From Dudresnaya verticillata (lineage: Eukaryota): a DNA stretch of 64,000 nucleotides. The position numbers were made by a program, and so were the translations under genes. The stretch spans positions 1,426,001 through 1,490,000 of the forward strand of contig OZ374558.1 in NCBI GenBank assembly GCA_977862235.1, given 5' to 3'. A model generated the notes under the pieces. The model was not told the origin of the DNA and did no database searches. It worked only from the letters and a program-made list of their open reading frames with translations. Shown one piece after another: positions 22,601 to 34,268 of this stretch. Positions within the stretch are counted from its first letter, which is position 1. Each line of letters begins with the position of its first letter.

Positions 22601-25153
22601 TCAGCGTGGTTGCGACGTAGTCCCAAGTCAGCTCAGCAGCATCTTTGGTGCGAAGAGCTGCAGCTGTTGACTCCAGGTGGCAGGACGGATCAATGGAAGC
22701 AAGCAGCATAGGTGCCTTATGTGTCTCCAGTATCGCCGATTCGTTGCCCATGCGGTCGAGTTGGGCGAATAGTGACGTGTACTGGTCGACATAGCTGGAC
22801 ATATTCTGACCGGTGTACGTCATACGGAATAGCTTGGTCTGTACGGCGATACGGGATACGGTTCGACTGGACGCATAGCGCGAGTCCAATAGCTCCAGCA
22901 TGCGTTTGGGGTCATCATCAACCTCCATAACGACACGAAGCGGAGCATCACCAAGTGCGGAGATAATGATCCCGCAAGCCTTCTCACGTTTGGCCAAGGT
23001 TCTGGCGTGAAGAATGGAAGTATCCGCTGAGGCCTCTCCAGTTGACTGTGATAGTGAGCTGCTCGGTGTGTCGTTTGAGGTGTGGACAACATTCCAAACC
23101 CCTTTGATGCGGCATGCGGCACGAAGGCGATGACGCCAGAGACTGTAGTCGTCACCTCTCCTGCCGTGGAAACGAGGTATCTTGACCCCGCTCGAAGTAT
23201 CCATCTCGGCTTCGGTATCAGTCATCGCTGTTGGGACTGATGCTGAGAAGAGATAACTTGAATAGTTTTAGAAAACTTGGTGAACTTGGGGCAGTGCTGT
23301 TAGTGCAACAGTGTCGATGCCCAGAGGGTAATAGTCGTGCTAAGCAGAGCAGTGCAGCTCACACAACGAAGACGTGACGACGAAACTGAGAAATGTGTCG
23401 AACACGTCGGTAATATAATACAGTCACAAGCGGAGCACACTTTGCCAAGTAGCTCCCACGCTTGGAGTAATCAAACTCTCAGGTGATGATGGGATCACCT
23501 GGACTGAAGAAGAAAAGTTGAAACTTGAAGTTGAAAAGTTGATTCTTGATAGTTGAACGTCTTTTTGACGCGGGATGTTCTGGCACCAGGTTCTACCTAG
23601 TCACCCCTAGGAGTCGGACTCCTGGCCCCCGGATATGATTCCCCGGGTGAAATGCGTCTTTCAGCAGCCCTTTCGTGTCGTGCGCACACGGACACGAAGT
23701 ATGCAATCCTTACGAGACGTCCACCTTATGGGTACTAACTCAAAACGAGTGTTCACCACACGAACAGGTCCAGTCTCTTGCAGGAATGGAACTAGGCCCA
23801 ACCGTGTCAAGGTTCTGGATCTTACTGGAGGCTGCTCCCCTAGGCCAACGAGGTCCTGACTTAACGAGAGTCACCACGCACAACACTCAACCTCTCAGCA
23901 AGCTCACGGACCAAGACAACAGCGGACGAGAGCCTCGAGAACTCTCTCACAAAATCAGAGACACAAGCCGACACAGTGGGATAGGGACCACTTTCAACAG
24001 ACAACAAGCAGACAGGACAGGACACAAGCCGACAGGACAGGACACAAGCAGACAGGACAGGCCAGGACGGGACCGGACAGTATCAAGAATGAAAAGAAAA
24101 AGGAAGAAGGTTGCAGCGAAGCGATGAAGTCTGCGTAGGTCGACCTTCTGGGCCCATAACCTGAAAAGGAATATGGAGAGGTTGGAGTTGAACAAGATGA
24201 GAAATGGAAGTCGCTTGACTTCGTTTACTGCAGTCGACCATCCGACAAGGCTTATATCAGCTTTTCGGATGAGTTGCTGCGTGAACACAAACAAAACAAA
24301 TCATTAAAGAAACGCCCAAAATCCCTATCATCAAATGGGCGGGAAAAAGTAAAGCAATTAAATCTACCAAATCATACTCTCAGCACACTCACATCCGCCA
24401 CCAAAATGGGCGGGAACTTGCACACCAGTGTTGCTAACTGCTGACATCAGCAATCCCTCTTGCGACCGCATTTCCTGCCATCCATATGTACTCCAACTTT
24501 GGGCGGGAACTCGAAAGTATCGAGTGTCCCCGCATGGCTGCTGTCGGACAACACTGCACACCACGTGGCCGCACTTACGAGCTGAAGTCCGTCCATGAAT
24601 ATCCAACTTGGATCATTGACCACGTAATCACCCAGATTTGCCTACGTGGCAGCTGTAAACCAACGTGTCGGCCGCACGACACCTACGTGGCAACTGTAAA
24701 CCAACGTGTCGGCCGCACGACAACTGCATCTGCTGATATCACAAGCCAGGCTCCACGTAGCGCAAGTCCCTGCAGTACCAACTCAGACGCCATCAGCACA
24801 TTGCATGGCACGTTCATGTGTACTTGTGGAGTACAGTGCGCGTCATACCAGTACCATTCCATGCCATACCACGTGCATCCATGTGGTCCAATCAGATCGT
24901 TCCACTTGGCCGTTCCTGTTATAACCGCCAATTCCAGCACAACACTTGTAAGCCATATAGACCATGGAGGCGGTTTGTAACAACCAATCAGAAGCCCGTT
25001 TCACGTTGCTTTTGCAAAAGGCCTAAATGCGCCGTGATTTTGGAAGCCCGGAAAAAGGGCTGTCGTCTCCGGAAGGTTTGGTGAAAGCGTGCCAGGGTAC
25101 CATCTGGGGTACCTGACCCGTGACGTGAGGCGCCAGCGAGCATGTCCTCAACA

Positions 25154-25307
25154 CGTTTACTGCAGTCGACCATCCGACAAGGCTTATATCAGCTTTTCGG
25201 ATGAGTTGCTGCGTGAACACAAACAAAACAAATCATTAAAGATACGCCCAAAATCCCTACCGTCAAATGGGCGGGAAAAAGTAAAGCAATCAAATCTACC
25301 AAATCAT
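25154..25307 (-). mobile_element. Remnant of an older copia LTR
   Basis: LTR-internal sequence sharing private variants (CCCTACCGTCAAAT, GCAATCAAAT) with LTR 10614; truncated at 25307. Confidence 0.9.
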
Positions 25308-25914
25308 CAGATGCGGTGGCAGATATTCGACAAGAATGTTCGCGAGGGTTTTGGGGACTTATACGACGCAGTTCTTACCGACACACCGTATGGAACGCCT
25401 GCATCACAGTCCGGTGCAGGGAAACAGTACGACAACTATATGAGTGATTCTGAAGTATCTGAGCTTGCAGAAATGTGCAGGCAATCCGTTGTGCCGGGAG
25501 GGTGGGTGTTCATGTTCGTGTCCTACCAGACATTCGAACCTATAAGGAAGGCTCTTCCCAAGGCTGGATTCATTTGCCCAACGTACGCCTTTTCGATTGT
25601 AAAGGATACACGCACGGCTCAAGAGAGGCGGGGAAATGACTGTCCCCAAAATGGCCATGAAATTGCCGTCATGGGAAGAGCCCCAGGGCAGCACCCTAAA
25701 GGCTTCCGAGTGGATCTTCGAAGCCCATACCAATTTGTGAAGGCCTCCGAAAAGAGAAAGTTTGCATGCATGTCCCAAATTCCTGTTTCTAAGAATAAGC
25801 TTCTTAAACCGGGTACCAAATCTCCGGTGCTTACGGAGGAGAAGAATGTTCAGCTGTTAGTGGAATTGTTGACGACCTTCTGCCCTGAGGGAGGTGCCAT
25901 TCTGGACATGTATG
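25308..25914 (+). pseudogene. ParB-like/DNA methyltransferase gene, piece C (amino-MTase catalytic region)
   Basis: YDAVLTDTPYG (motif IV, DPPY-like, 25380-25391), VVPGGWVFMF, EKNVQLLVELLTTFCPEGGAILDMY; typical N6_N4_Mtase pattern. Confidence 0.85.
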
Positions 25915-28900
25915 TGTAAAGGAATATGGAGAGGTTGAAGTTGAACAAGATGAGAAATGGAAGTCGCTTGACTTCGTTTACTGCAGTCGACCATCCGACA
26001 AGGCTTATATCAGCTTTTCGGATGAGTTGCTGCGTGAACACAAACAAAACAAATCATTAAAGATACGCCCAAAGTCCCTATCATCAAATGGGCGGGAAAA
26101 AGTAAAGCAATTAAATCTACCAAATCATGCTCTCAGCACACTCACATCCGCCACCAAAATGGGCGGGAACTTGCACACCAGTGTTGCTAACTGCTGACAT
26201 CAGCAATCCCTCTTGCGACCGCATTTCCTGCCATCCATATGTACTCCAACTTTGGGCGGGAACGTGAAAGTATCGAGTGTCCCCGCATGGCTGCTGTCGG
26301 ACAACACTGCACACCAAGTGGCCGCACTTACCAGCTCAAGTCCGTCCATGAATATCCAACTTGGATCATTGACCACGTAATCACCCAGATTTGCCTACGT
26401 GGCAGCTGTAAACCAACGTATCGGCCGCACGACAGCTACGTGATAACTGTAAACCAACGTGTCGGCCGCACGACAGCTACGTGCCAACTGTAAACCAACG
26501 TGTCGGCCGCACAACAGCTACGTGCCAACTGTAAACCAACGTGTCGGCCGCACAACAACTGCATCTGCTGATATCACAAGTCAGGCTCCACGTAGCGCAA
26601 GTCCCTGCAGTACCAACTCGGACGCCATCAGCACATTGCATGGCACGTTCATGTGTACTTGTGGAGTACAGTGCGAGTCATACCAACACCATTCCATGCC
26701 ATACCACGTGCATCCATGTGGTCCAATCAGATCGTTCCACTTGGCCGTTCCTGTTATAACCGCCAATTCCAGCACAACACTGGTAAGCCATATAGACCAT
26801 GGAGGCGGTTTGTAACAACCAATCAGAAGCCCGTTTCACGTTGCTTTTGCAAAAGGCCTAAATGCGCCGTGATTTTGGAAGCCCGGAAAAAGGGCTGTCG
26901 TCTCCGGAAGGTTTGGTGACAGCGTGCCAGGGTGCCATCTGGGGTGCCTGACCCGTGACGTGAGGCGCCAGCGACCATGTCCTCAACACTCCTCCTCGAT
27001 GGCTCCTCCAAGTCCAACCCTTGGTAGAATCCTATTGAGCAAAGTGGGCCCGAGTGGCTTTGTCAGCAAGTCCGCGTCGTTGTCTTCTGACGGCACATAC
27101 ACCACTTCCAGAACAGAGTCGGCGACAAGTTCGCGAATGAAGTGTACACGAACGTCGATGTGCTTGGCACGACCAGACGGAAAGCGTTCTCCAGTAGCCC
27201 AATTGATGGCAGACTGGTTGTCTGATCTCAATGGAACCGGGCCTTCGACGTTCAAATCGGCCTCCTTCAGCACTCGCGTGACCCAAACCGTCTCTTTCGC
27301 AGCCAGAGTCATTGCATAGTACTCCGACTCGCAAGTTGAGAGAGCAACAGTTGACTGCTTCTTGGATCCCCAAATACACACTGCATCTCCCAGTTTCACC
27401 ATGTAACCAGACATAGATTTTCGGTCTGTGGTGTCACCGGCATAGTCAGCGTCCACATAAGCTTGGATACGAGTGGTTCCGGACTGGTACGTAACTCCAT
27501 GCTTGTGAGTGCCTCGAAGATATCGCAGAACCCTCTTTACACCACGGTGACAGTACGCAGTTGGAGCCTTCTGGAACCGTGCGAGGATAAGCACAGAGGC
27601 CAAAATATCCAGCCTTGTGCGAAGCCCCAAGTACAGAAGTGACCCGATCATCTGCTGGTACGTCTCAACCGACACGACGGCCTTGTCCTCTTCGGCGGCA
27701 AGTCCAGTGAAGAAAGACTCAACCATCGGCGTACAAGCCGGCTTAGAGTTCTGAAGTCCAAATCGACGAAGAACACTTTCCGTGTAGACCTGTTGAGTCA
27801 TCTTGAGGGACACAAATCTGCCATCAGAGTCTAGCTTCCATCCAAGCTCGACTCCGAGGAAGAGGTCAACCCCTTCAGACAGCCGTAGATCGTAGAGGCC
27901 CTGCAGCTCCTTAACAATGGCGTCTCTCTCCGCCTTTGTGGGCGCGAGGATGAGCAAGTCATCAACGTACACCAAGATGTATGCGTATCCAGAAGACTTG
28001 GATTTGCGACGAAACACGCAAGGTGCACTTGGCAATTCCTCAAACATCATCCTAGCAAGGTCACCACACAGCTTGGTGTGCCAAGCTAGGTGAGCCTGTT
28101 TTAGCCCATACATAGCTTTCAGAAGTTTGTAACAGAGAGATTCCCTTCCAGGAATCCCACGCGGTGACATTACCCACACGTGTTCTGCCAGATCACCATT
28201 CAGGAAAGCCGTCTTCACGTCTAGCTGTGCAACAAACAGGTTCAAACACAGTACCAAGTATAGGAACATGCGCACCAGCGAGAACGACACAACTGGGGCG
28301 TATGTTTCCATGTAGTCTTCACCATACGTCTGGAAGTTTCCACCAGCGACGACCCGCGCTTTGAAGCGCTCGACGGTCCCGTCGGACTTGCGTTTAACTT
28401 TCAGCACGGCGTGCGTTGGAAGCGGCTGTGCACCGGGACTGTCATCACGGACCCAAGTGCCTTTGGATTCCAAGGATGCGAACTCATCATCAATGGCAGA
28501 TTGCCACAACCCGCGCTCCTCCGGAGTGGCAGACATGGCCTCTCGAAGAGTTGGCTCATCTCCCGTTGTGAGGGCAACCTGTTGTTCAGCTTGTGCAGAG
28601 CTTGCCATAAACCATTTCGACGTCTGGCGACGTTGGCGACGAGGATATCGACTCTGTTGCTGGCGTTCTGGATCTGAACTCACACCAGCCGGAGGACTGT
28701 CAGAGACGTTTTCTTCCTCAGCCGTGTCATCAGATTCGAATGAGCTGGGTTCTGATGGAGGTAGTGGAGGTGAAGAAGGTGTGTCAACTTCAATTGCATC
28801 CTCTTCATCCTCAAAGTTACCAAGCGATACATCGTCATCAGAGTCCGAGTTGCAAATAGAGGCCTCTGAGTTAGACTCGTAATCTTCATCCGAATCTGCC

Positions 28901-31900
28901 TCGTCCTGCCCATATTCCAACAGGCTTGGAGCACCCGGGAATTTGGACTCGTCGAATGTGACATGCCGCGACTCAACCACACGAGGTATACCGTCACCGC
29001 CAGTGACCAATATCCTGTAGATCCCATGCTCTAGAGTCTCCAAGTGCACCCCCTCAAGTGCACGAGACTCGAACTTGGATCCGCGTGGGAGCCTTAGGAC
29101 ATATGCAGCACATCCAAACACTCTTAAATGTTTTAAATCAGGAACATCACCTGTCATGACCGAGTATGGCGTAGCCCCAACGGTTGAGTGTGGTACCCGA
29201 TTGCGCACGTAGTTGACATGCTTCAGTGCAAACGGCCACAAACATCCCGGTAGATCAGCCTGGATCAGCAAAGTCAGGGCAGCTTCCACCATGGTTCGGT
29301 TCACCCTTTCCGCGATTCCATTGAGCTCCGGAGTATAAGGTGGGGAGAAGGATTTGCCACTGTCTCCAACTCCTCCCAAATCTTTCTGCAAAGCCAAATA
29401 CTCCTGAGCCCCGTCTGAGTGGAGTTTTGTTATTTCCGCTCCTCCAAGCTCGATAAACTTTGCTGAAGCTTGATCAAATGCTGCACTCAACATACGGCGA
29501 CTTCTCATACATGCGACGACCAAGAAACGGGATTTATCATCCAGAAACGTCGTGGCATACCGGAAACGATCGGGAAAGGAGATCTGGATTGGACCCACAA
29601 TGTCGGAATGCACGAGATCACCGACAGCTTTGGCCGGGCGGAAGTGCCCTGGGAATGATTGTTTGTGTGCTTTCCCAAGCCTACAAGCCCGACACACTTC
29701 ATGAGTGGAGCCCAACTCCGGAACACCCTCAACATGCTCGTGCACTTTGGCCAAGTCCCGAAAATTAATGTGGGCAAGACGTCGATGCCAGAGCTCAGTA
29801 GTTTGCTGCGTGCTGGGGACAGCCAGTACTTGCTCCTCCGAAGTGTGCGGCTCGGGTTCTGGTAGCATGTACATTCCAGAACTCGCATCGCGAACACCGG
29901 ATCCAATATAGTACCCATCAGAGTCGAGTACCAAGCGCACGTCCAAGCGGCGAAAGTGGGATTCAATTCCTTTATCTGCCAAACGCCCAGTAGAGACAAG
30001 ATTGTATCCCATCTGCGGGATGAAGAGGGCCTTCTTGAGCCGAATATTGGCATGCTCAAACGGCAGAATCACATCTCCACATAGGTCTGAGGTGACAGAC
30101 GACTTGTCCGCAAGCACTACAGTACGCTTTTCGCAGCGCGATACTGAGCTCGGTACAAAAGAAGTCATTGAGTGGAAGCAATGCACAGTTGCTCCACTGT
30201 CGGCATACGTTCCTTGGTCGTTCGGAGGAACAACAGTAGTCATCTCAACCGATGCACCGGCGATTTCTACCTTTGCAGATTTACCATTATTCTTACCAGA
30301 TGCAGCTACCGCCGAGTTGGCGTTGCCCTTTTTGCCCTGGTTGGTGAACATCTGTCGCACCTTTGGAGGAAGCTTGTTGTTAGGATTTTCCGGATTTAGA
30401 TAGCATCGATCCGCGGTGTGTCCATCCTTGTCGCAAACATCACAGTGAAGGTGCCGGTTCGGGGTGGAGTGAGCCTGCTTGGCGGACTTGAGTGCAACCG
30501 CCAACGCACGGACGGTGGATTCAATATCAGAAGAGTCATCGGAGTCGTCGTTGTCATCCAGCGGGTTGTGTTGCTGGCGAGAACCTGACGACGCGGACTT
30601 CTTTTTCTTCTTCCGACGACTCTTCGACTTACTGGATCTCCCACCTGCGTTTGATCCATGAGAATCTTTGGCGTTGTACTCATCGATCAGCGTGGTTGCG
30701 ACGTAGTCCCAAGTCAGCTCAGCAGCATCTTTGGTGCGAAGAGCTGCAGCTGTTGACTCCAGGTGGCAGGACGGATCAATGGAAGCAAGCAGCATAGGTG
30801 CCTTATGTGTCTCCGGTATCGCCGAGTCGTTGCCCATGCGGTCGAGTTGGGCGAACAGTGACGTGTACTGGTCGACATAGTTGGACATATTCTGACCGGT
30901 GTACGTCATACGGAATAGCTTGGTCTGTACGGCGATACGGGATACGGTTCGACTGGACGCATAGCGCGAGTCCAATAGCTCCAGCATGCGTTTGGGGTCA
31001 TCATCAACCTCCATAACGACACGAAGCGGAGCATCACCAAGTGCGGAGATAATGATCCCGCAAGCCTTCTCACGTTTGGCCAAGGTTCTGGCGTGAAGAA
31101 TGGAAGTATCCGCTGAGGCCTCTCCAGTTGACTGTGAGCTGCTCGGTGTGTCGTTTGAGGTGTGGACAGCATTCCAAACCCCTTTGATGCGGCATGCGGC
31201 ACGAAGGCGATGACGCCAGAGACTGTAGTCGTCACCTCTCCTGCCGTGGAAACGGGGTATCTTGACCCCGCTCGAAGTATCCATCTCGGCTTCGGTATCA
31301 GTCATAGCTGTTGGGACTGATGGTGAGAAGAGATAACTTGAATAGTTTTAGAAAACTTGGTGAACTTGGGGCAGTGCTGTTAGTGCAACAGTGTCGATGC
31401 CAAGAGGGTAATAGTCGTGTTAAGCAGAGCAGTGCAGCTCACACCCTTTCGTGTCGTGCGCACACAGACACGAAGTATGCAATCCTTACGAGACGTCCAC
31501 CTTATGGGTACTAACTCAAAACGAGTGTTCACCACACGAACAGGTCCAGTCTCTTGCAGGAATGGAACTAGGCCCAACCGTGTCAAGGTTCTGGATCTTA
31601 CTGGAGGCTGCTCCCCTAGGCCAACGAGGTCCTGACTTAACGAGAGTCACCACGCACAACACTCAACCTCTCAGCAAGCTCACGGACCAAGACAACAGCG
31701 GACGAGAGCCTCGAGAACTCTCTCACAAAATCAGAGACACAAGCCAACACAGTGGGATAGGGACCACTTTCAACAGACAACAAGCAGACAGGACAGGACA
31801 CAAGCCGACAGGACAGGACACAAGCAGACAGGACAGGCCAGGACGGGACCGGACAGTATCAAGAATGAAAAGAAAAAGGAAGAAGGTTGCAGCGAAGCGA

Positions 31901-33011
31901 TGAAGTCTGCGTAGGTCGACCTTCTGGGCCCATAACCTGTAAAGGAATATGGAGAGCTTGAAGTTGAACAAGATGAGAAATGGAAGTCGCTTGACTTCGT
32001 TTACTGCAGTCGACCATCCGACAAGGCTTATATCAGCTTTTCGGATGAGTTGCTGCGTGAACACAAACAAAACAAATCATTAAAGATACGCCCAAAGTCC
32101 CTATCATCAAATGGGCGGGAAAAAGTAAAGCAATTAAATCTACCAAATCATGCTCTCTGCACACTCACATCCGCCACCAAAATGGGCGGGAACTTGCACA
32201 CCAGTGTTGCTAACTGCTGACATCAGCAATCCCTCTTGCGACCGCATTTCCTGCCATCCATATGTACTCCAACTTTGGGCGGGAACGTGAAAGTATCGAG
32301 TGTCCCCGCATGGCTGCTGTCGGACAACACTGCACACCAAGTGGCCGCACTTACCAGCTCAAGTCCGTCCATGAATATCCAACTTGGATCATTGACCACG
32401 TAATCACCCAGATTTGCCTACGTGGCAGCTGTAAACCAACGTATCGGCCGCACGACAGCTACGTGATAACTGTAAACCAACGTGTCGGCCGCACGACAGC
32501 TACGTGCCAACTGTAAACCAACGTGTCGGCCGCACAACAGCTACGTGCCAACTGTAAACCAACGTGTCGGCCGCACAACAACTGCATCTGCTGATATCAC
32601 AAGTCAGGCTCCACGTAGCGCAAGTCCCTGCAGTACCAACTCGGACGCCATCAGCACATTGCATGGCACGTTCATGTGTACTTGTGGAGTACAGTGCGAG
32701 TCATACCAACACCATTCCATGCCATACCACGTGCATCCATGTGGTCCAATCAGATCGTTCCACTTGGCCGTTCCTGTTATAACCGCCAATTCCAGCACAA
32801 CACTTGTAAGCCATATAGACCATGGAGGCGGTTTGTAACAACCAATCAGAAGCCCGTTTCACGTTGCTTTTGCAAAAGGCCTAAATGCGCCGTGATTTTG
32901 GAAGCCCGGAAAAAGGGCTGTCGTCTCCGGAAGGTTTGGTGACAGCGTGCCAGGGTGCCATCTGGGGTGCCTGACCCGTGACGTGAGGCGCCAGCGACCA
33001 TGTCCTCAACA
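25915..33011 (-). mobile_element. Full-length copia element E3 inserted in MTase motif I
   Basis: LTRs 25915-26988 and 31938-33011 (1074 bp, about 3 differences seen); TSD GTATG at 25910-25914 and 33012-33016. Confidence 0.98.
26983..31305 (-). CDS. Copia gag-pol polyprotein, 1440 aa
   Basis: Intact ORF with all motifs, near-identical to 15369-19691. Confidence 0.98.
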   Translation of the reverse strand: MTDTEAEMDTSSGVKIPRFHGRRGDDYSLWRHRLRAACRIKGVWNAVHTSNDTPSSSQSTGEASADTSILHARTLAKREKACGIIISALGDAPLRVVMEVDDDPKRMLELLDSRYASSRTVSRIAVQTKLFRMTYTGQNMSNYVDQYTSLFAQLDRMGNDSAIPETHKAPMLLASIDPSCHLESTAAALRTKDAAELTWDYVATTLIDEYNAKDSHGSNAGGRSSKSKSRRKKKKKSASSGSRQQHNPLDDNDDSDDSSDIESTVRALAVALKSAKQAHSTPNRHLHCDVCDKDGHTADRCYLNPENPNNKLPPKVRQMFTNQGKKGNANSAVAASGKNNGKSAKVEIAGASVEMTTVVPPNDQGTYADSGATVHCFHSMTSFVPSSVSRCEKRTVVLADKSSVTSDLCGDVILPFEHANIRLKKALFIPQMGYNLVSTGRLADKGIESHFRRLDVRLVLDSDGYYIGSGVRDASSGMYMLPEPEPHTSEEQVLAVPSTQQTTELWHRRLAHINFRDLAKVHEHVEGVPELGSTHEVCRACRLGKAHKQSFPGHFRPAKAVGDLVHSDIVGPIQISFPDRFRYATTFLDDKSRFLVVACMRSRRMLSAAFDQASAKFIELGGAEITKLHSDGAQEYLALQKDLGGVGDSGKSFSPPYTPELNGIAERVNRTMVEAALTLLIQADLPGCLWPFALKHVNYVRNRVPHSTVGATPYSVMTGDVPDLKHLRVFGCAAYVLRLPRGSKFESRALEGVHLETLEHGIYRILVTGGDGIPRVVESRHVTFDESKFPGAPSLLEYGQDEADSDEDYESNSEASICNSDSDDDVSLGNFEDEEDAIEVDTPSSPPLPPSEPSSFESDDTAEEENVSDSPPAGVSSDPERQQQSRYPRRQRRQTSKWFMASSAQAEQQVALTTGDEPTLREAMSATPEERGLWQSAIDDEFASLESKGTWVRDDSPGAQPLPTHAVLKVKRKSDGTVERFKARVVAGGNFQTYGEDYMETYAPVVSFSLVRMFLYLVLCLNLFVAQLDVKTAFLNGDLAEHVWVMSPRGIPGRESLCYKLLKAMYGLKQAHLAWHTKLCGDLARMMFEELPSAPCVFRRKSKSSGYAYILVYVDDLLILAPTKAERDAIVKELQGLYDLRLSEGVDLFLGVELGWKLDSDGRFVSLKMTQQVYTESVLRRFGLQNSKPACTPMVESFFTGLAAEEDKAVVSVETYQQMIGSLLYLGLRTRLDILASVLILARFQKAPTAYCHRGVKRVLRYLRGTHKHGVTYQSGTTRIQAYVDADYAGDTTDRKSMSGYMVKLGDAVCIWGSKKQSTVALSTCESEYYAMTLAAKETVWVTRVLKEADLNVEGPVPLRSDNQSAINWATGERFPSGRAKHIDVRVHFIRELVADSVLEVVYVPSEDNDADLLTKPLGPTLLNRILPRVGLGGAIEEEC

Positions 33012-33016
33012 GTATG

Positions 33017-33597
33017 CCGGAACGATGACAACTGGAATTGCAGCTATGCAGACTGGTAGGAAGTGCACCTGCATAGAGCAGAGTCTACAGACGTACAGGC
33101 TTGCAGTTGCACGCTTGAAAAGGATAGCAGGTGATCATCGCAAATTGTCGGATGGGAGGGAAGGAACACCACTGTGCCCTGATAGAGAGGAACAGGCCCT
33201 GGGAGAAGACCAGGGAGCGGCTGTGGAAATTCCGCAACAGAAACTGCTCGGGAATGAGGCGGAGAAGGATTCGGATTGTATTGCAGGAGGCGATGCTGTT
33301 GTTCTGTACGTCGGTAAGAACATTGTTGGGAAGGCAAAAGTCCAATTCGGGGCAACTTCTGAAGAAAAGGTTCGCAAGCAGATTCATCTGAAGCCCCTGT
33401 CGGAATACGAAAAGGCAGGACAGGAACTCATTGCGGTTTACGCCTTCGAATGTGATTCATCCTTTACCACGTTAGCGTATCCTTATAACTTTCATGTTCC
33501 GAACGGCCGCCCTGCCACGAGCCTAGGTAGGCTAGACGGATTCTTTGCACGGGATCTCCATGCGATGGAAGCCCATGCGCGATGCGAGCAGAAATGA
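33017..33597 (+). pseudogene. ParB-like/DNA methyltransferase gene, piece D (SAM-binding motif I plus C-terminal domain)
   Basis: Removing E3 and one TSD gives in-frame ILDMYAGTMTTGIAAMQTGRKCTCIE, followed by a linker and a ~90-aa domain; stop at 33595-33597. Confidence 0.85.
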
Positions 33598-33951
33598 GAT
33601 TAAAGCAATGTTGAGCATAAGAATCGTTCGCTTGAACGGTATGCTACGCCAGTGCGTGGTATCGCAAGCCATAAGCACATTCTGCTCTTCCAAGGGGGCC
33701 ATATACTGCCGCCGACAGCACCATACCTGTACAAGTCCACAGCGCAAAAGGCGCATCCTCGCTCGGTCGCAATTACGCAGCAAGTTTTCCTTCACCAGGA
33801 TCTGCAGAGTCCCACCGACGCTCTTTCAGCGCATGTGATGAATGTGGAGCGACACGGACGATCTGCCAACAAGCCCGAGTGAGACTGCTGCATTCACAGC
33901 CCCGGTACCGTAGTACAGGTAGTAGCGTAGCAGGAGTACTGTAGTAGCGAG

Positions 33952-33994
33952 GCGGGTCACAGCACTCGAGTGCTGTGACCCGCACAGATCTGTG
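33952..33994. repeat. Perfect 32-bp palindrome plus adjoining 12-bp palindrome
   Basis: GCGGGTCACAGCACTC|GAGTGCTGTGACCCGC (33952-33983), then CACAGATCTGTG (33983-33994). Confidence 0.95.
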
Positions 33995-34268
33995 AAACCA
34001 GAGCTATAATTTGCAGGTGATTGTACTCGCGCAAGACAGTTGCGCTTCGCTGCGGGACGAGTGTCGGTCGTTCCGAAATTACTCCAATCGTGTGAAAACC
34101 TAGCAAAAATTATGGAGAATGACCAACAGCTTTTCGGAAAGCCGCACGTAAATTTCTATTAAACAGGTCATGCGCATTCCGATATCTCAAAACTATGATA
34201 GGTTTTACGAAAATCGAGGCCTCATGTGCTGTTCAATAGCTTTCTGAATCTCACTGGTCGAAAAGCTA

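Larger units (their letters stand above)
10614..25153 (-). mobile_element. Copia element E1 (chimeric, interrupted by E2)
   Basis: 3' LTR 10614-11651; RH-RT 11646-13440 with a premature stop at 11994; IN-PR-gag 20683-23225; PBS 24148-24161; 5' LTR 24162-25153. The LTRs are mismatched (1038 vs 992 bp). Confidence 0.93.

Noticed and set aside
8000..33597. MTase gene as bacterial contamination or part of a restriction-modification operon
   Set aside because: It is interleaved with eukaryotic copia elements through exact TSDs, and no restriction endonuclease is recognisable.
33952..34010. Helitron 3' end
   Set aside because: No CTRR at the expected distance on either strand and no Rep/helicase remnant.
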